Under the pieces are notes generated by a model. The model saw only the letters and a program-made list of their open reading frames with translations. It was not told where the DNA came from and ran no database searches. Below, piece after piece: positions 30,181-42,806 of a stretch of 64,000 nucleotides of DNA. A program made the translations under genes and the position numbers. Location of the stretch: contig OZ024741.1 of the NCBI GenBank assembly GCA_964016885.1, positions 393,328,001 to 393,392,000 of the forward strand. The letters are read 5' to 3'. The first letter of the stretch is position 1, and each line of letters opens with the position of its first letter. The DNA is from Eledone cirrhosa (Eukaryota).

Positions 30181-32777
30181 TCATCATCATCATCAACGTT
30201 TAACGTCCGTGTTCCACGCTTGCATGGGTTTGGACGGGGGTAGTCCCACTTGAGGCAAGAGTGATTGTCTTGCTCGCATAGGACTGTCTGGCAGGTTTTC
30301 TACAGTTGGATGCCCTTCCTAACACCAACCACATTTACAGTGTGGGTCTGGGAGGTTTTTACCGTGTTGCCTACACGGCCACATTACAGCGTGGACTGTG
30401 TGTTTTTTTGTCGTGACACCTACACGATCTCATTTGTTTCGGCCTCGATGGCGCGGCACCAACATAACTTTACATAGAACGGGGTGGTGTGGATGGGGTG
30501 GGGGTGGTGGTGGTGGGACGGGGTGTATTTTGTTAGAGATGCCTACTGGCTGGAGTAGGTTTTACTATATATTTAGGTAAGGCGGGTCTTCTCTGTTACT
30601 GAGTACCGCCAAAGGTCTCGGTCCAGTGACATTGTCTTGGAGAGGTGTAAGTGTGTGATGTCGGAGTTTATCAGCTCGTCCCAGGTTTTTCTAGGTCTGC
30701 CTATTCCGTGACTACCGTCTATCTTTATTGCCCTGCACTTTGTTATACAGCTATCGACTTTCATGCGCATCACGTGTCCATACCAACGTAGCCTTCTCTC
30801 GAGTAAACAACATCTGATCCCTCTTATCTCTAATTTTTTCCTTAGTTCGTTTATGCTTTGCCGTTCACGTATATTACTGCTACACATCCAGCGGAGCATG
30901 CAAGCTTCGTTCCTCTCTAGTCTGCGTATATCCTCTGCACACAATGCCCAGGTCTCACTGCCATGCAGCATTGCTGTTCGTATGCAGGCATCGTACAACC
31001 TGCCTTTCATTTTTAGGGAGAACCCTTTAGCAGCTAATAGTGGTATAAGCTCTCTGAACTTTTTCCAACCAGTTCTGACTCTAGCTACAGTACTTTCAGA
31101 GCACCCTCCCCCACTGCTGATTTTATCGCCCAGGTAACGGAAGCTGTCCACTATTTCTATGGAACCCTCTGCGCAATTGAAAGAGCTAGTATTTTGTGGG
31201 CACTTGCTGCTACTTATTGCACCAGAGCACCGGCCACATGTAAAATCTATGTTCTTAGTTAGCTTACCTGTGATCCCACTACATCTTTTATGCACCCATA
31301 CTTTGCATTTAGGACATAAAATGGAGTTTCTACCTACGCCTTTCCTACACACCGAGCACGACCATTTCCCAGAAGGGACCGCCGCCTTGTTTTCTTTCCT
31401 ACAAACTAGTACTTTGGTCTTAGCCAGGTTAATTTTAAGTCCTTTTGACTCTAGGCCGTGCTTCCATGTTTGGAATTTCTTCTCTAGCTCGGCCATTGAT
31501 TCCGCTATGAGTGTCAGGTCGTCTGCGTATAGGAGTTCCCATGGGCAGCCTGTCTTGAACTCCTCTGTTATAGCCTGAAGGGCAATAATAAATAGTAGTG
31601 GGCTGAGAACAGAGCCCTGATGGACGCCAACTTTTACGCTAAACTCTTCACTATATTCGTTGTTAATTCTAACCTTGCTGACTGTTTCTTTATACATGGC
31701 TTGTATAGCCCTCACAAGCCATTCGTCAACGCCTAGTTTTCTAAGAGCCCACCAGATAATGGAGCGGGGGACTCTGTCGGAGGCTTTCTCCAAGTCGACA
31801 AAAGCTAAGTAGAGGGGTTTACCTTTAGCTAGGTACTTCTCCTGTAGTTGTCGTACTATGAAAAGAGCGTATGTGGTACTTTTGCCTGACACAAACCCGA
31901 ACTGCATTTCATCTAGGTCAATTCTCTCTCTGATTAGTTGCGCTATTACTTTTTCCGTGACCTTCATGACCTGGTCGATTAATTTAATGCCTCTATAGTT
32001 ACTCCTATCTAGGGCGTCTCCTTTACCCTTATAACAGTTAACGATGATGCTGCTATGCCAGTCCTTCGGAACAACCCCATTCTGTACGACTTGGTTAACT
32101 ATGCGGGTGACCATGGTGTGTCCCACCGTGCCAGATGCTTTCAGCATCTCAGCAACTATTTCCGAAGGCCCAGCCGCCTTACCCGTCTTCATATCCTTGA
32201 TTGCCTTACTTATTATACTCCCCTCGACTAACACTGCTGGTCCCTCTATTGGGTCGATATGGGGGAGACTGTCTTTCTCCCATTTATTCTCCTCATTTAG
32301 TAGCCTTTCATAGTGACACTTCCAAGCTACCTTCTTATCAGCGTCGGTGATGGCAAGTGTGCCATCGTCGTTTAGTACACACTTCTCCCCGACAATATCA
32401 CGGTTTTCCTTGATGCATTGCCTAGCAATCCTGAACACCTCACGTTTTTGGTCATCGCGTTGTAGAACATGCTTGAACTTTCTTTCCTCAGCTTCCCTTC
32501 TTGCTAAGTACACTTGTCTCCTAGCTTCCCTCCTGGCCACTTGATAGTCTTCTCTACTTCCCCCATCCCGCCATACTTTCCAAGCCTGCTTTTTGGCCTT
32601 AATTGACCCCTCCACCTTACTGTTCCACCACCATGTTACTCTCCTCCTGCCTACAGGCCTGCTCCGGCCACAGACTTCGTCTGTCGCCAACAGCAGGTTT
32701 GCTTTCAGAAATTCCCACTCTCCCTCTATATTGTCCGACTCTAAATGTTCTTCCTTACTGTCGAAAGCATCAAGTAA
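30181..32777 (-). mobile_element. Young 5'-truncated RTE LINE family A
   Basis: Uninterrupted 705-aa ORF plus complete 3' UTR ending in (GAT)n. Confidence 0.95.
30573..32690 (-). CDS. RTE reverse transcriptase ORF (endonuclease lost) with embedded PHD finger
   Basis: [42 protein letters not shown]4HC3, [13 protein letters not shown]. Confidence 0.9.
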   Translation of the reverse strand: MATDEVCGRSRPVGRRRVTWWWNSKVEGSIKAKKQAWKVWRDGGSREDYQVARREARRQVYLARREAEERKFKHVLQRDDQKREVFRIARQCIKENRDIVGEKCVLNDDGTLAITDADKKVAWKCHYERLLNEENKWEKDSLPHIDPIEGPAVLVEGSIISKAIKDMKTGKAAGPSEIVAEMLKASGTVGHTMVTRIVNQVVQNGVVPKDWHSSIIVNCYKGKGDALDRSNYRGIKLIDQVMKVTEKVIAQLIRERIDLDEMQFGFVSGKSTTYALFIVRQLQEKYLAKGKPLYLAFVDLEKASDRVPRSIIWWALRKLGVDEWLVRAIQAMYKETVSKVRINNEYSEEFSVKVGVHQGSVLSPLLFIIALQAITEEFKTGCPWELLYADDLTLIAESMAELEKKFQTWKHGLESKGLKINLAKTKVLVCRKENKAAVPSGKWSCSVCRKGVGRNSILCPKCKVWVHKRCSGITGKLTKNIDFTCGRCSGAISSSKCPQNTSSFNCAEGSIEIVDSFRYLGDKISSGGGCSESTVARVRTGWKKFRELIPLLAAKGFSLKMKGRLYDACIRTAMLHGSETWALCAEDIRRLERNEACMLRWMCSSNIRERQSINELRKKLEIRGIRCCLLERRLRWYGHVMRMKVDSCITKCRAIKIDGSHGIGRPRKTWDELINSDITHLHLSKTMSLDRDLWRYSVTEKTRLT

Positions 32778-33934
32778 TATGTGTATGAAGAAATAAATGT
32801 TGCTGTTGTGTTGTCAGTATTCTATCACACACTGTCAACATCAAGTACATTATCCATCCATTTTTCTAAAAATATTCCCATCCTATTTTATACACCCTGA
32901 AGAATATGTACCTTTGCAAATTACTCATGAGGAGTCTAGCTAAACCACCCACCCCATTATTACCTTTTGATATGAGAAACGCTTCACTACTTTTGGATGT
33001 AAATCCGGATTGTTCGGTCACAACTTTAACATTTAATGTATGCTTTCTATGCTGGCATGGGTTTCAATGGGTTGTCGCGATCTGAGAACATTTATTGCTT
33101 CTACATTTGGGTGTCCTTCCTAACACCAACCACTTTACTGTGTATTGGGTACATTTTATCATGACACCAGCTCTACCACTTTACAGAGTGTACCAGGAGC
33201 CTTTTGCTGTGGTACTAATACTAGAGAGGTTTATATATATATATATATATATTTATTTATTAAAATAACAGATTAAAGTTTAAGCAAAGAATCGCTGCTT
33301 TCACACTTAACAGGATCTTCTGAAACTAAAAAAATCAATCGGTGGGTGCAGAAATAAATATTTCGAAAAACGTTGCAACCGAAGGAAAACAGGAAGATAA
33401 TACTTTGGTTGATGAAGACGTTCCCTGACAATGAACAGAAAAAAGCGATAATTACGTCGTTATGTGGAGAGATGACAACAATTACACACAAAGACAAAAC
33501 CACGTTTATGGTATAAAAGGAGTCATTAGACTAAAATTCTATTATAATAACCGAATGATTCTCAACTCCGGAGTTTAAGAATAATATAAATAAAGTTGTT
33601 AAATGAAAATGACAGAGGTTATTAAAATAGTAAGAGCAAGTTTAGTTAAGATTTAGGTCAGTGTATATGTATGCGCCGATGCATACATATACAAAACATA
33701 CATATATATATATATACATATATACACACACATACACACACACACATACATATATAAATACGTACATACACACACATGCATACACCTACATGCATAAAAT
33801 ACATATATATATACACAAATGCAGATACATACCCATGCATGCATATGCATACATATATGTGTACATTTACATTCTGCCTGTGCATAGAGTGCTTGATTTG
33901 GTACTAACCCCAGTATTTCACTGTACTACCTACA

Positions 33935-33974
<40 letters not shown>

Positions 33975-34017
33975 AATTAACCAACACATATTCAAATTAA
34001 TTATATATATATAAATA

Positions 34018-34339
34018 TGGAGGCACATGGCTTAGTGGTTAGAGCATTGGCCTTGCAATTGAAAGGTTGTGAGTTGAATTCTCAGACCGGGTGATTTGTT
34101 GTTTCCTTGAGCAAGACACTTTATTTCACATTGCTCCAGTTTACTCAGCTGTAGAAATGAGATGATAGGGATTGGGGTCCATATCATTCCACTGCAAAGT
34201 GGTCGTGGAGGTGCCATGGCAAAAAAGCACCCAACACTCACTGTAAATGAGGTTGGTGTGTTAGGAAGGGCATCCAGCTGTAGAAATCAAGCCAAAATCA
34301 GTTCCCATCCCACCCTTGCAAGCAGGGAAAAGTGGACGT

Positions 34340-34370
<31 letters not shown>
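34018..34370 (+). mobile_element. tRNA-derived SINE (same family as 4654)
   Basis: A/B boxes, core, tail with about 10 GAT repeats. Confidence 0.92.
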
Positions 34371-34371
<1 letters not shown>

Positions 34372-34644
34372 ATATCTTAAGCTTTCGTAATTGCTAAATT
34401 TTTCTCTATGGTTTGAAACAGCTATATAGGTATAATTAGTAATTAATAATTTTGATATATTTTTCCTTGTTTTATACATATGCATATATATTTGTGGTGT
34501 TAGGAAGGGTATCCAGGTGTAAAAACCAAGCTAAAATACAGATCCATATGAGCAAAACATTGTCTCTGGACCCAACTTGTTTCATAACATGACAACCCAT
34601 CTAACCCATACAATGATGATGATATATATATATATATATATATA

Positions 34645-35280
34645 GCCTTCTCTTCTGGGCCACTCTCGCCATGGACATTAACTCTCTATACCGTCATCCC
34701 TCATGATGCCGGCCTCCACGCTCTCCAATGTTTTTTAGACTTATACTCTACACCCTACCCTGGCACATCTACTCTCCTCCTCCTTGCTAAGCTCGTTCTC
34801 ACTCTCAATGTTTCTCCTTTTCCGGAGAGTTTCACCAACAGGTCTATGAGGTAGCCATGGGTACAAGAATGGGTCCTAACTATACCAACTCTCACCCCAC
34901 CACTGCCCTCCTAACACCCGCCTTCTTTTCCCCTCTCACCTACCATACCTCTCTGACGACATATTCGCCTTTGCTTCCGCACCCTCTAGTATATGCCCTC
35001 TGGTGTTCCTTTTGCGGTTCCTTAGACATCAGATAAATAGGTCTTTTAGCGGACCGTTTTGCTGAATATTTGAGGAACATATGACTTGGTATGAATAATC
35101 CCATTGTTCGGCATTTCCATTCTCCAGGCCACTCTTCCCTACATGTATATCTTAGTCCTTGGTGAACTTTTACATCACAGATCACAGGCCTTGCACACCA
35201 GGACAGAACAGATTGCAATTTTCTGCCTTGGTTCCTGTTTCCACAATGGACTCACCCCCCTCCCCAATTTCTTTAATCTT
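34645..35280 (+). mobile_element. Degenerate, internally deleted Penelope-like element (Neptune/Poseidon-like RT and GIY-YIG remnants)
   Basis: Manual translation MDINSLYTVIPHDAGL, LVLTLN, VAMGTRMGPNY, then LVYALWCSFCG...LADRFAEYLRNI...PIVRHFHSPGHS. Confidence 0.8.
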
Positions 35281-36004
35281 ACACACATATGTTTATTCTT
35301 ATTTCTCTACCCCTTGCCACCATCACGTTTACCCTGTCCATTGTCACACACATGTGCATACATTCCTATGGCTCTTATGGTCAGAAACATACTCTTACAG
35401 CTTATATAGACCAACAAAATACTCACACCTCTATATTTACCTTTACAGTTCTGTACACACACCCTTATATACACATACTTTTGCTCACAGCTTAATACTT
35501 ACAAGCACGCGCACACACAGACACACACACACACGTATACTCATGCACATATGTACAGCTCTACATACAAAACATATTTTTTTCCATTTCAAATAGACAC
35601 GCTCAATCATCACCTTTTCAAAAAAATACATCATTACACAAAACGCCAGCATCAACAGTTTTCCAAGAAAGAGCAACATGAATGGACCTGTTATTTTTCT
35701 CTAAAAACATTTTTTCCATATCCACCCTGCCCATCTCAATCTCTCTCTTTATTTAATTTCTCATTCTATCTTCTGATGAAGGATTAGTGACTGAACAGCA
35801 AAGCATAAATGAAGAGGAATCAAAATTGCTGATTCTGGTATATTTCATATGATTATTTGATACTGAAGAGAATATATAGAGAGCATTTGGTGACCTTAAT
35901 TTTACATCAAAAGTTGTTTTTTACTATTTTAAAACTGGAATTTAGTCATATGACCACTACCCAGAATTTTCATCTTGATCATTTAACACTTTGAGCAAAA
36001 AGGA

Positions 36005-37070
36005 GTCTTCTTTGCCCACTTATTCCTGAGAGGGTCATGGGGGCAGAGTCCTCAAACACTCCTTCCAGCATGTCCTCACAGAAGCAACTCTCTCCAACTG
36101 ATCTGGCTGGATCCCCAAGCAAGACCAGCTAAGCTTATGGATGTTATCCAACCAGCTTGTTCAGGGTCTACCCCTGGACTCCTTTCGGTTGGTTTTGCCC
36201 GTAAAATCTGTCCAGCAATTCTTTCCTCAGACATTCTGACCACATGCCCATACTATTGGAGCTGTGTTCTCTCAATTCGGAGAAGTAGCAACTCTACCTG
36301 GAGTGGCTCTCTGATCTCCGAGCTTCACATTATCGAGTAACATTCCTCCAAAGACCCTTTAGAGGAACCCCATTTTGGCCACATATTCGCATTCATATTC
36401 TTTCGGTCATTACCCAAGATTCATGACCATAGTTAAGGGTTGGCATGAATACCGAATTGAGGATAGCGAGTTTGGCTTTTATGCCAACCTCCCTTCTTCT
36501 GAATGCCGACTAAATATTCACAGTGCGGCAGGTCTACGAGAAATCGTGGGAGTATTGCCAAGATATATATTCTTGTTTTGTCACCCTTGAAAAGGAATAT
36601 GACAGCATTTCTCGAGACCTACTGTGGAAATTTCTGCAGGAGTATGGAATCGATGGTCAGCTCTTTGCTGCCCTGATGTGTCTATATGAATGCCCAAGAA
36701 TTTGTGTTCAGATAAATGGTGCTAAATCGAAACCAATCAATGTGAGATCGGGCTTCGCCAAGAGTGTGTGCTGTCACCTTTCCTGTTCATTATTTATATG
36801 AACAGGATTGACTTGTGCAACTGGGTTGGAAGTGGTATCATGATTGGCAGGTGTAAAATCAGTTGACTGGAATTTGCAGACAACATGGTGTTATTTCACT
36901 CGTTAGAATGTGAACTCCAACTTGTACTTGATAGGTTTGATGTAGAGTGCTGCATGGCTGGAATGAAAATCAGTGTTGCAAAACTGAGATACTCGCCCTC
37001 TCAAAGAAGCCTGCTCAGTGCACTCTATATGTAAATGGAGCTCCACTGAAGCAGGTAGAGAAGTTCAAGC
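36005..37070 (-). mobile_element. RTE family B copy with inverted 5' segment
   Basis: 36005-36500 is the 3' end on the minus strand (matches 27490-27750); 36510-37070 is RT on the plus strand (matches 26825-27375). Confidence 0.85.
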
Positions 37071-37715
37071 GAAAAGGAATAGCTATGAAAATTCATTTTT
37101 GTAATTAAAAAGGTAAAGTTGTCATCCATTTATTCATTCCAATACTTCAAAATTTGATTTCAAATTATTTTTTTAAATGTTACATAAAAAAGTAAAGTTG
37201 CACTTTTTTTCTTTTTTTGTTGTTGTTAGAATAAAGCTTCGATTCATTTTAAAAGATTATATCCCTGTAACATTTTTCACATTTTCATTCACCCACATGA
37301 TGGCGAAAGAATCAATTAGCTCACTTTCCTCTCTACTTTCCCCATTGGTAGCAAGGAATGTTATCGTTATTTTGATTCCAATTATTACAAACAGTATGAG
37401 TGGATGATGGGATGTCCTATTCTGAACAAAGTGTTCTGTTTATTATATTTGTTATTTTGTCAACTTAAGAAGACATGGACAACTACAGCTTTGACAAGAC
37501 ACAAAAAAATCTCAGAACCATGTGAATTCTGTAATTGCTCTAAAAACCTTTAGCTGACAACGAATTGATACAGCTATCGATCACGGGAACCCTTCTAACC
37601 CATACTAGCGTGGAAAATGGACGTAAGACGGAAATGATGATGATATATGTATATACACACAAATATAGATATATATATCATTATCATGATGTATATGTGT
37701 ATATATATATACATA

Positions 37716-38065
37716 TGGAGGCACATGGCTTAGTGGTTAGAGCATTGGCCTTGCAATCGAAAGGTTGTGAGTTCAATTCTCAGACCGGGCGATGTGTTGT
37801 TTCCTTGAACAAGAGACTTTATTTCACATTGCTTCAGTTTACTCAGCTGTAGAAATGAGATGATAGGGACTAGGGTCCCTATCATTCCACTGCAAATGTG
37901 GTCGTGGAGGTGCCACGGAAAAAAAGCACCCAGCACTCACTGTAAATGAGGTTGGTGTTAGGAATGGCATCCAGCTGTAGAAATCAAGCCAGAATCAGTT
38001 CCCGTCCCACCCTTGCAAGCAGGGAAAAGTGGACGTAAAATGAAATGATGATGATGATGAAATGA
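37716..38065 (+). mobile_element. tRNA-derived SINE (same family as 4654)
   Basis: A/B boxes, core, RTE-like tail. Confidence 0.92.
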
Positions 38066-38069
38066 TATA

Positions 38070-38505
38070 CCGCCAGACAGTCCTATGCGAGCAAGACAAC
38101 CACTCTTGCCTCAAGTGGGAAAACCCCCGTCCAAACCCATGCAAGCGTGGAACACGGACGCTAAACCTGATGATGATGATGATGATGTTGATGATGATAT
38201 GTGTGTATGTTTCGTTGGTACCGCAAAACATCCAGCCTATTCTGTAAGCGGTCGTGTAGGTGTCACGACAAAAAGCACCCAGCCCACACTGCAAAGTGGT
38301 CGTGCAAAAGACACGGTAAAAAGCACGCAGCACACACTGTAAATGTGGTTGGCGCTAGGAAGAGCATCCAGCCGTAGAAAGCCAGCCAGAAACAGTCCTA
38401 TATGAGCGAGACATGGTCACCCGACCCGACTTGCCTCTAAATGGGACAAACCCATCTAACTCATGCTAGCGTGGAAGATGGATGTTAAATAATGCTGATG
38501 ATGAT
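38070..38505 (+). mobile_element. Two stacked RTE 3'-UTR tails
   Basis: 38070-38197 is essentially identical to 48643-48760; a second tail follows at 38220-38505. Confidence 0.85.
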
Positions 38506-38529
38506 TCACTTAATTTGGTACTCTATCAA

Positions 38530-39555
38530 TCAGCTTCAAGTATTCGTGAATGTTGAATTTTCTTCCATACTTTAAAAAGTATTTCAAATTTGTTCTCAAA
38601 GTTAACGGCTCGAATAGCTCTACATTGGAAGGCGGTTTCCAAAGTTACCTGAGACATGTTTGAATTATCTATTTTAACTGACAAAATTACTGTGTTTTCT
38701 GAGCTATTTTCAATGATATTAGAAAATCTAGAGGATTGGAATGTTTCAGAATTAGCACATGCAAGGAGATTCGTTGCAATCCTAGATTTTTCAGTTTAAA
38801 ATTTTATTAGTAGTTTTTGAAACCATATTGAGTGGCTCAGAAATTCTGTTTTCAATTCTTCAAAAAAGTTTGCTTCATATTTCTAGGTGCATTCATGGGG
38901 TTGAAAACTTCCAACGATTGATATCTAGTTTGAGGAATTTTACTGCCGGGTTCTGGATTGTGTCACTGAACCACCAGAGAAGCATGGTCAATATCAAGAA
39001 CCAGCAGCTGTTTTAAGAACTTTGTTGAATTTTGGATGAAGTTATTGATCATGCTGAACAAAGATTTAAAACAACGAGAGAGTTCCAATTTGTTGAATCC
39101 AAAGCTTTTTCATGTTTATGAAAAAGATTTTCTGATGGAAGCATTTTCATCTTTGGATGTCTATGTAAACATATCAAATTTGGGTGGATTGAAATGCAAT
39201 CAGTTTTGCTACAGATTTTGGAAAGCAAGTATCAAGCATTCAGGAAGTCACAGACATAATATGGGAACTTGAACTAAACCAAGCTCTGACAGAAGCAACA
39301 AAATTACATCTGATTCTGACCATACCTGCCATATCTGCTTCATGTGAGGGATTGTTTTCTTCATTAAAGTGAGTAAATAATTATATGAGGTGTTCTCAAA
39401 GTGAAAAGAGATTGAGCAATTTGGTCTTCATTTCCATGAATAAAGACATTTTGAAGAAGATGAAGGTAGAACATGGTACTGATACATTTTATAACAAAGT
39501 GATCGATGGATTTGACAAAAAGAAACAAAGAATTGAACTGATTTACCAATGAATT
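38530..39555 (+). mobile_element. Degenerate hAT transposase C-terminus (dimerisation domain)
   Basis: ILTIPAISASCEGLFSSLK*VNNYMRCSQSEKRLSNLVFISM read from about 39313. Confidence 0.8.
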
Positions 39556-39609
39556 TTAAATATTTCATTATTTGTAGGTTTTATTATTTACTCAACTTTC
39601 TGTCGTAAC

Positions 39610-42510
39610 CAATAAAGGTCATCACGGCAGGCCTGTCACCAGACTGTTACTAATGGGAGGACATCAAGTCCAGTGGAGAGGAGTATCAAGCCAGAAGTGT
39701 GGACTGATGGTAGAAGTGCATTTTCTCACATTGTCATCAGGCAATCACACAATAGGAAAAAGAACGAGACATCGCATCTCAGAGTTACCACACTTAATGT
39801 TGGCACTCTCAGGTAGATCTGGAGAGAAGGCATGTGGATGTGTTCTGTGTGCAAGAGGTGAGATGGAGAAGTGCCTCTGCAAGACTAATCCCAGGCAAAC
39901 ATCTTAGTTATAAGCTTTTCTGGGTGGGTAATGATGATGGGTTAGGTGGGGTGGGCATATTACTGGCTGAGAGATGGATCAATAAGACAATAGAGGTAGT
40001 TAGAGTTAGTAATAGAATAATTAAGCTTAGATTAGTTATAGGCAAGAGACTACTGACAATCATTTCTGTCTATGCTCCCCAGGCAGGCCTAGGTAAAGAA
40101 GAGAAAGACTGCTTTTACAAGCAACTTTTACAAACAGCCTCAAACAGAGACATCGTTATGCTAGTGGGGGACTTCAATGGACATGTTGGACAGCTCCAGG
40201 ATGGATACACTGAGGTACATGGAGGGCACGGTTATGGCTCAAGAAATGAAGAAGGAGTGAGGCTTCTTGAATTTTGTGATGCAAATGCACTAACCATTTG
40301 CAACACTAACTTCCAGAAGACTACCAACCACATAGTAACCTACAAATCAGGCGAACACATAAGCCAGATTGACTTCCTGCTAGTTAGACAGCGAGACAGA
40401 CAGATGGTTTCAAATACTAAGGCATACCCCGAGGAAGAATGTACTCCACAGCATAGGTTAGTCGTTAACGACATCTCAGTAAGCAAGAGAAAGAATGAGA
40501 CATACAGGAAGGTGTGGAAAAGAAAAGTCTGGAAGCTGAAAGACCTTTCATTAAAATATAAATTTAGCAAAGCCCTTCAAGATGTGTATGACGAAAAGCA
40601 AGACGATTTAGAGTTGTATGACATAGATGATAACTGGAATTTCTTGTGTAACAACTTACTGCAGGCTACTGAAGAAACTTGCGGTTGGGGCAGAGCTTCA
40701 ACCAGACAGAGAGTGACCTGGTGGTGGAACAGCACGGTAGATAGGGCCATTAGAGAAAAAAGACTGGCATGGAAAGCTTGGAAAAACAGTGGGAGTAGAG
40801 AAGGATACACAGTCGCTAAGAGAGAAGCTAGAGGTCAGGTGTACTTAGCACGCAGGGAGGCTGAGAGTAGGAGGTTTGCCAATGTTCTGCGACGGGAAGA
40901 TCAGAGACGTGCGGTGTTCCGCATTGCAAGGCAGTGTGTCAGTACAAATCAGGATGTTGTTGGAGATAAGTGTGTCCGGAATGATGCCGGTGTACTTAGT
41001 GTCACGAATGATCAAAAAAGGAGGCCTGGAAATGTCATTATGAGAGACTGATGAATGTGGAAAACGAATGGGAGAGAAAAATTACCCCCAGTAGACCCGA
41101 CAGAGGAACCAGCTATTGAGATTGACGAATATAGGGTACAAGAGGTGATTAAGGAAATGAAGAATGGTAAGGCTGCTGGACCGTCGGGGATAGTTGCTGA
41201 GATGCTGAAGGGATCAGAAGTAGGCACTAAACTAGTTGCACGCATCATTAATCAAGCTATATATGGTGGCGTCATACCCAAAGACTGGTGCAGCAGTATT
41301 CTCATAAATTGCTACAAAGGTAAAGGGGATGTTCTAGAGAGGAGCAATTATAGGGGCATAAAGCTGATGGATCAGGTTATGAAAGTGGCAGAGAGAATAT
41401 TAGCGCAACTGATTAGAGAAAGGGTCAAATTAGATGAGAAGCAGTTTGGTTTCGTGCCTCAGACAAGTACAACAGATGCCCTCTTCTTAGTGAGGCAACT
41501 ACAAGAGAGGTTCTTAGAGAAGAATAAGCCACTATACTTAGCTTTTGTTGACCTAGAGAAGGCCTTTGATAGGGTACCCCGATCTGTCATCTGGTGGTCT
41601 CTAAGGAAACTAGGTGTAGAGGAATGGCTTGTGAGGACAGTGCAAGCTATCTACAGGGGTGCTGTCAGTAAAGTGAGAATAGGAATGGAGTTTAGTGAGG
41701 AATTCCAGATACAAGTAGGTGTACATCAGGGTTCGGTCCTCAGCCCGCTCTTGTTCATTTTAGTCCTCCAAGCCATAACAAAGGAGTTTAAGACTGGCTG
41801 CCCATGGGAACTTCTCTATGCTGATGATCTGGTTCTTATAGCAGAATCAGTAGACGAGCTAGAGAATAAATTCTGGCTATGGAAACAGCAGTCGGAATCA
41901 AGAGACCTGAGAGTGAACATAGCTAAAACAAAAGTGTTGATAAGTAGAAGAGAGGACAATATTCTGATTCCATCAGGTCCGAGGTCATAGTATCTAGAAT
42001 AACGACGGATTGGAAGAAGTTTAGGGAGCTGCTTCCTTTGTTGACAAAGATGCCTGTGTGAGATACACGATGCTGCATGGTAGTGAGATATGGGCAGCAA
42101 CTGCAGAAGATATGCAACGGCTCGAGAGAAATGAAGCAAGTATGCTCTGTTGGATGTGCAATGCCAATGTGCTTGAACAACCAAGCATAGACGAGTTGAG
42201 AAAGAAACTGAGTAAAGGAGGGGGGATAAGTTGTGGTGGCAGGAGAGAAGGTTGAGTAGGTATGGACATGTGATGCACATGGAGGATGACCGCTGGGTAA
42301 AGAAGTGCCAAGAAATCCCAGTAGAAGGAAGACACAGTAGAGGTAGACCACGAAAAACATGGGCGGAGGTGGTGAAAGCAGAACCTCAGATCGCTGAAAC
42401 TCACCGAGGAGACGACGAAGAACCGTAATAAGTGGAGAGATGCTGTGCTGAATAGGACCCGTCCAACTCTTGCCAGCAGGGAAAAGCTGACGTAAAATGA
42501 TGATGATGAA
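39610..42510 (+). mobile_element. RTE LINE family A-related subfamily (APE + RT), frameshifted, PHD region deleted
   Basis: ORFs 39834-41051 (VQEVRW, SVYAP, GDFNGHVG, QIDFLL, PQHRLV) and 41055-41990 (LLYADD). Confidence 0.93.
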
Positions 42511-42519
42511 AGTATACAT

Positions 42520-42806
42520 CCAGTGAAGCCCCCAGGCCACAATGTAAAATGATCATGTGGGTGTCAGGACAAAAAGCACCCAACCCACACTGTAAAGTGA
42601 TCATGTTGGTGACACGACAAAAAGCACCCACTACTCACTGTAAATGGGGTTGGCGTTAGGAAGGGCATCCAGCTGTAGAAACTAAACCAAAATCTGGTCT
42701 GTATGTGCAAGGCATGGTTATTTGACCTAACATTGCCCTACAGGATAACTCGTCTAACCCATGCTAGCGTGGAAAAATGGACGTAAAACGGTGGTGATGA
42801 TGATGA
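42520..42806 (+). mobile_element. Additional RTE-type 3' tail
   Basis: TTAGGAAGGGCATCCAGCTGTAGAAA...CATGCTAGCGTGGAAAAATGGACGTAAAACG...GATGATG. Confidence 0.8.

Noticed and set aside
34018-34092. tRNA-like sequence (also 4890-4960, 15747, 37716, 61078)
   Set aside because: Acceptor and anticodon stems do not pair and each continues into a SINE body; SINE heads, not tRNA genes
35772-35800. CTGATGAAGG downstream of the old Penelope remnant
   Set aside because: GAAA and stems absent; cannot be supported
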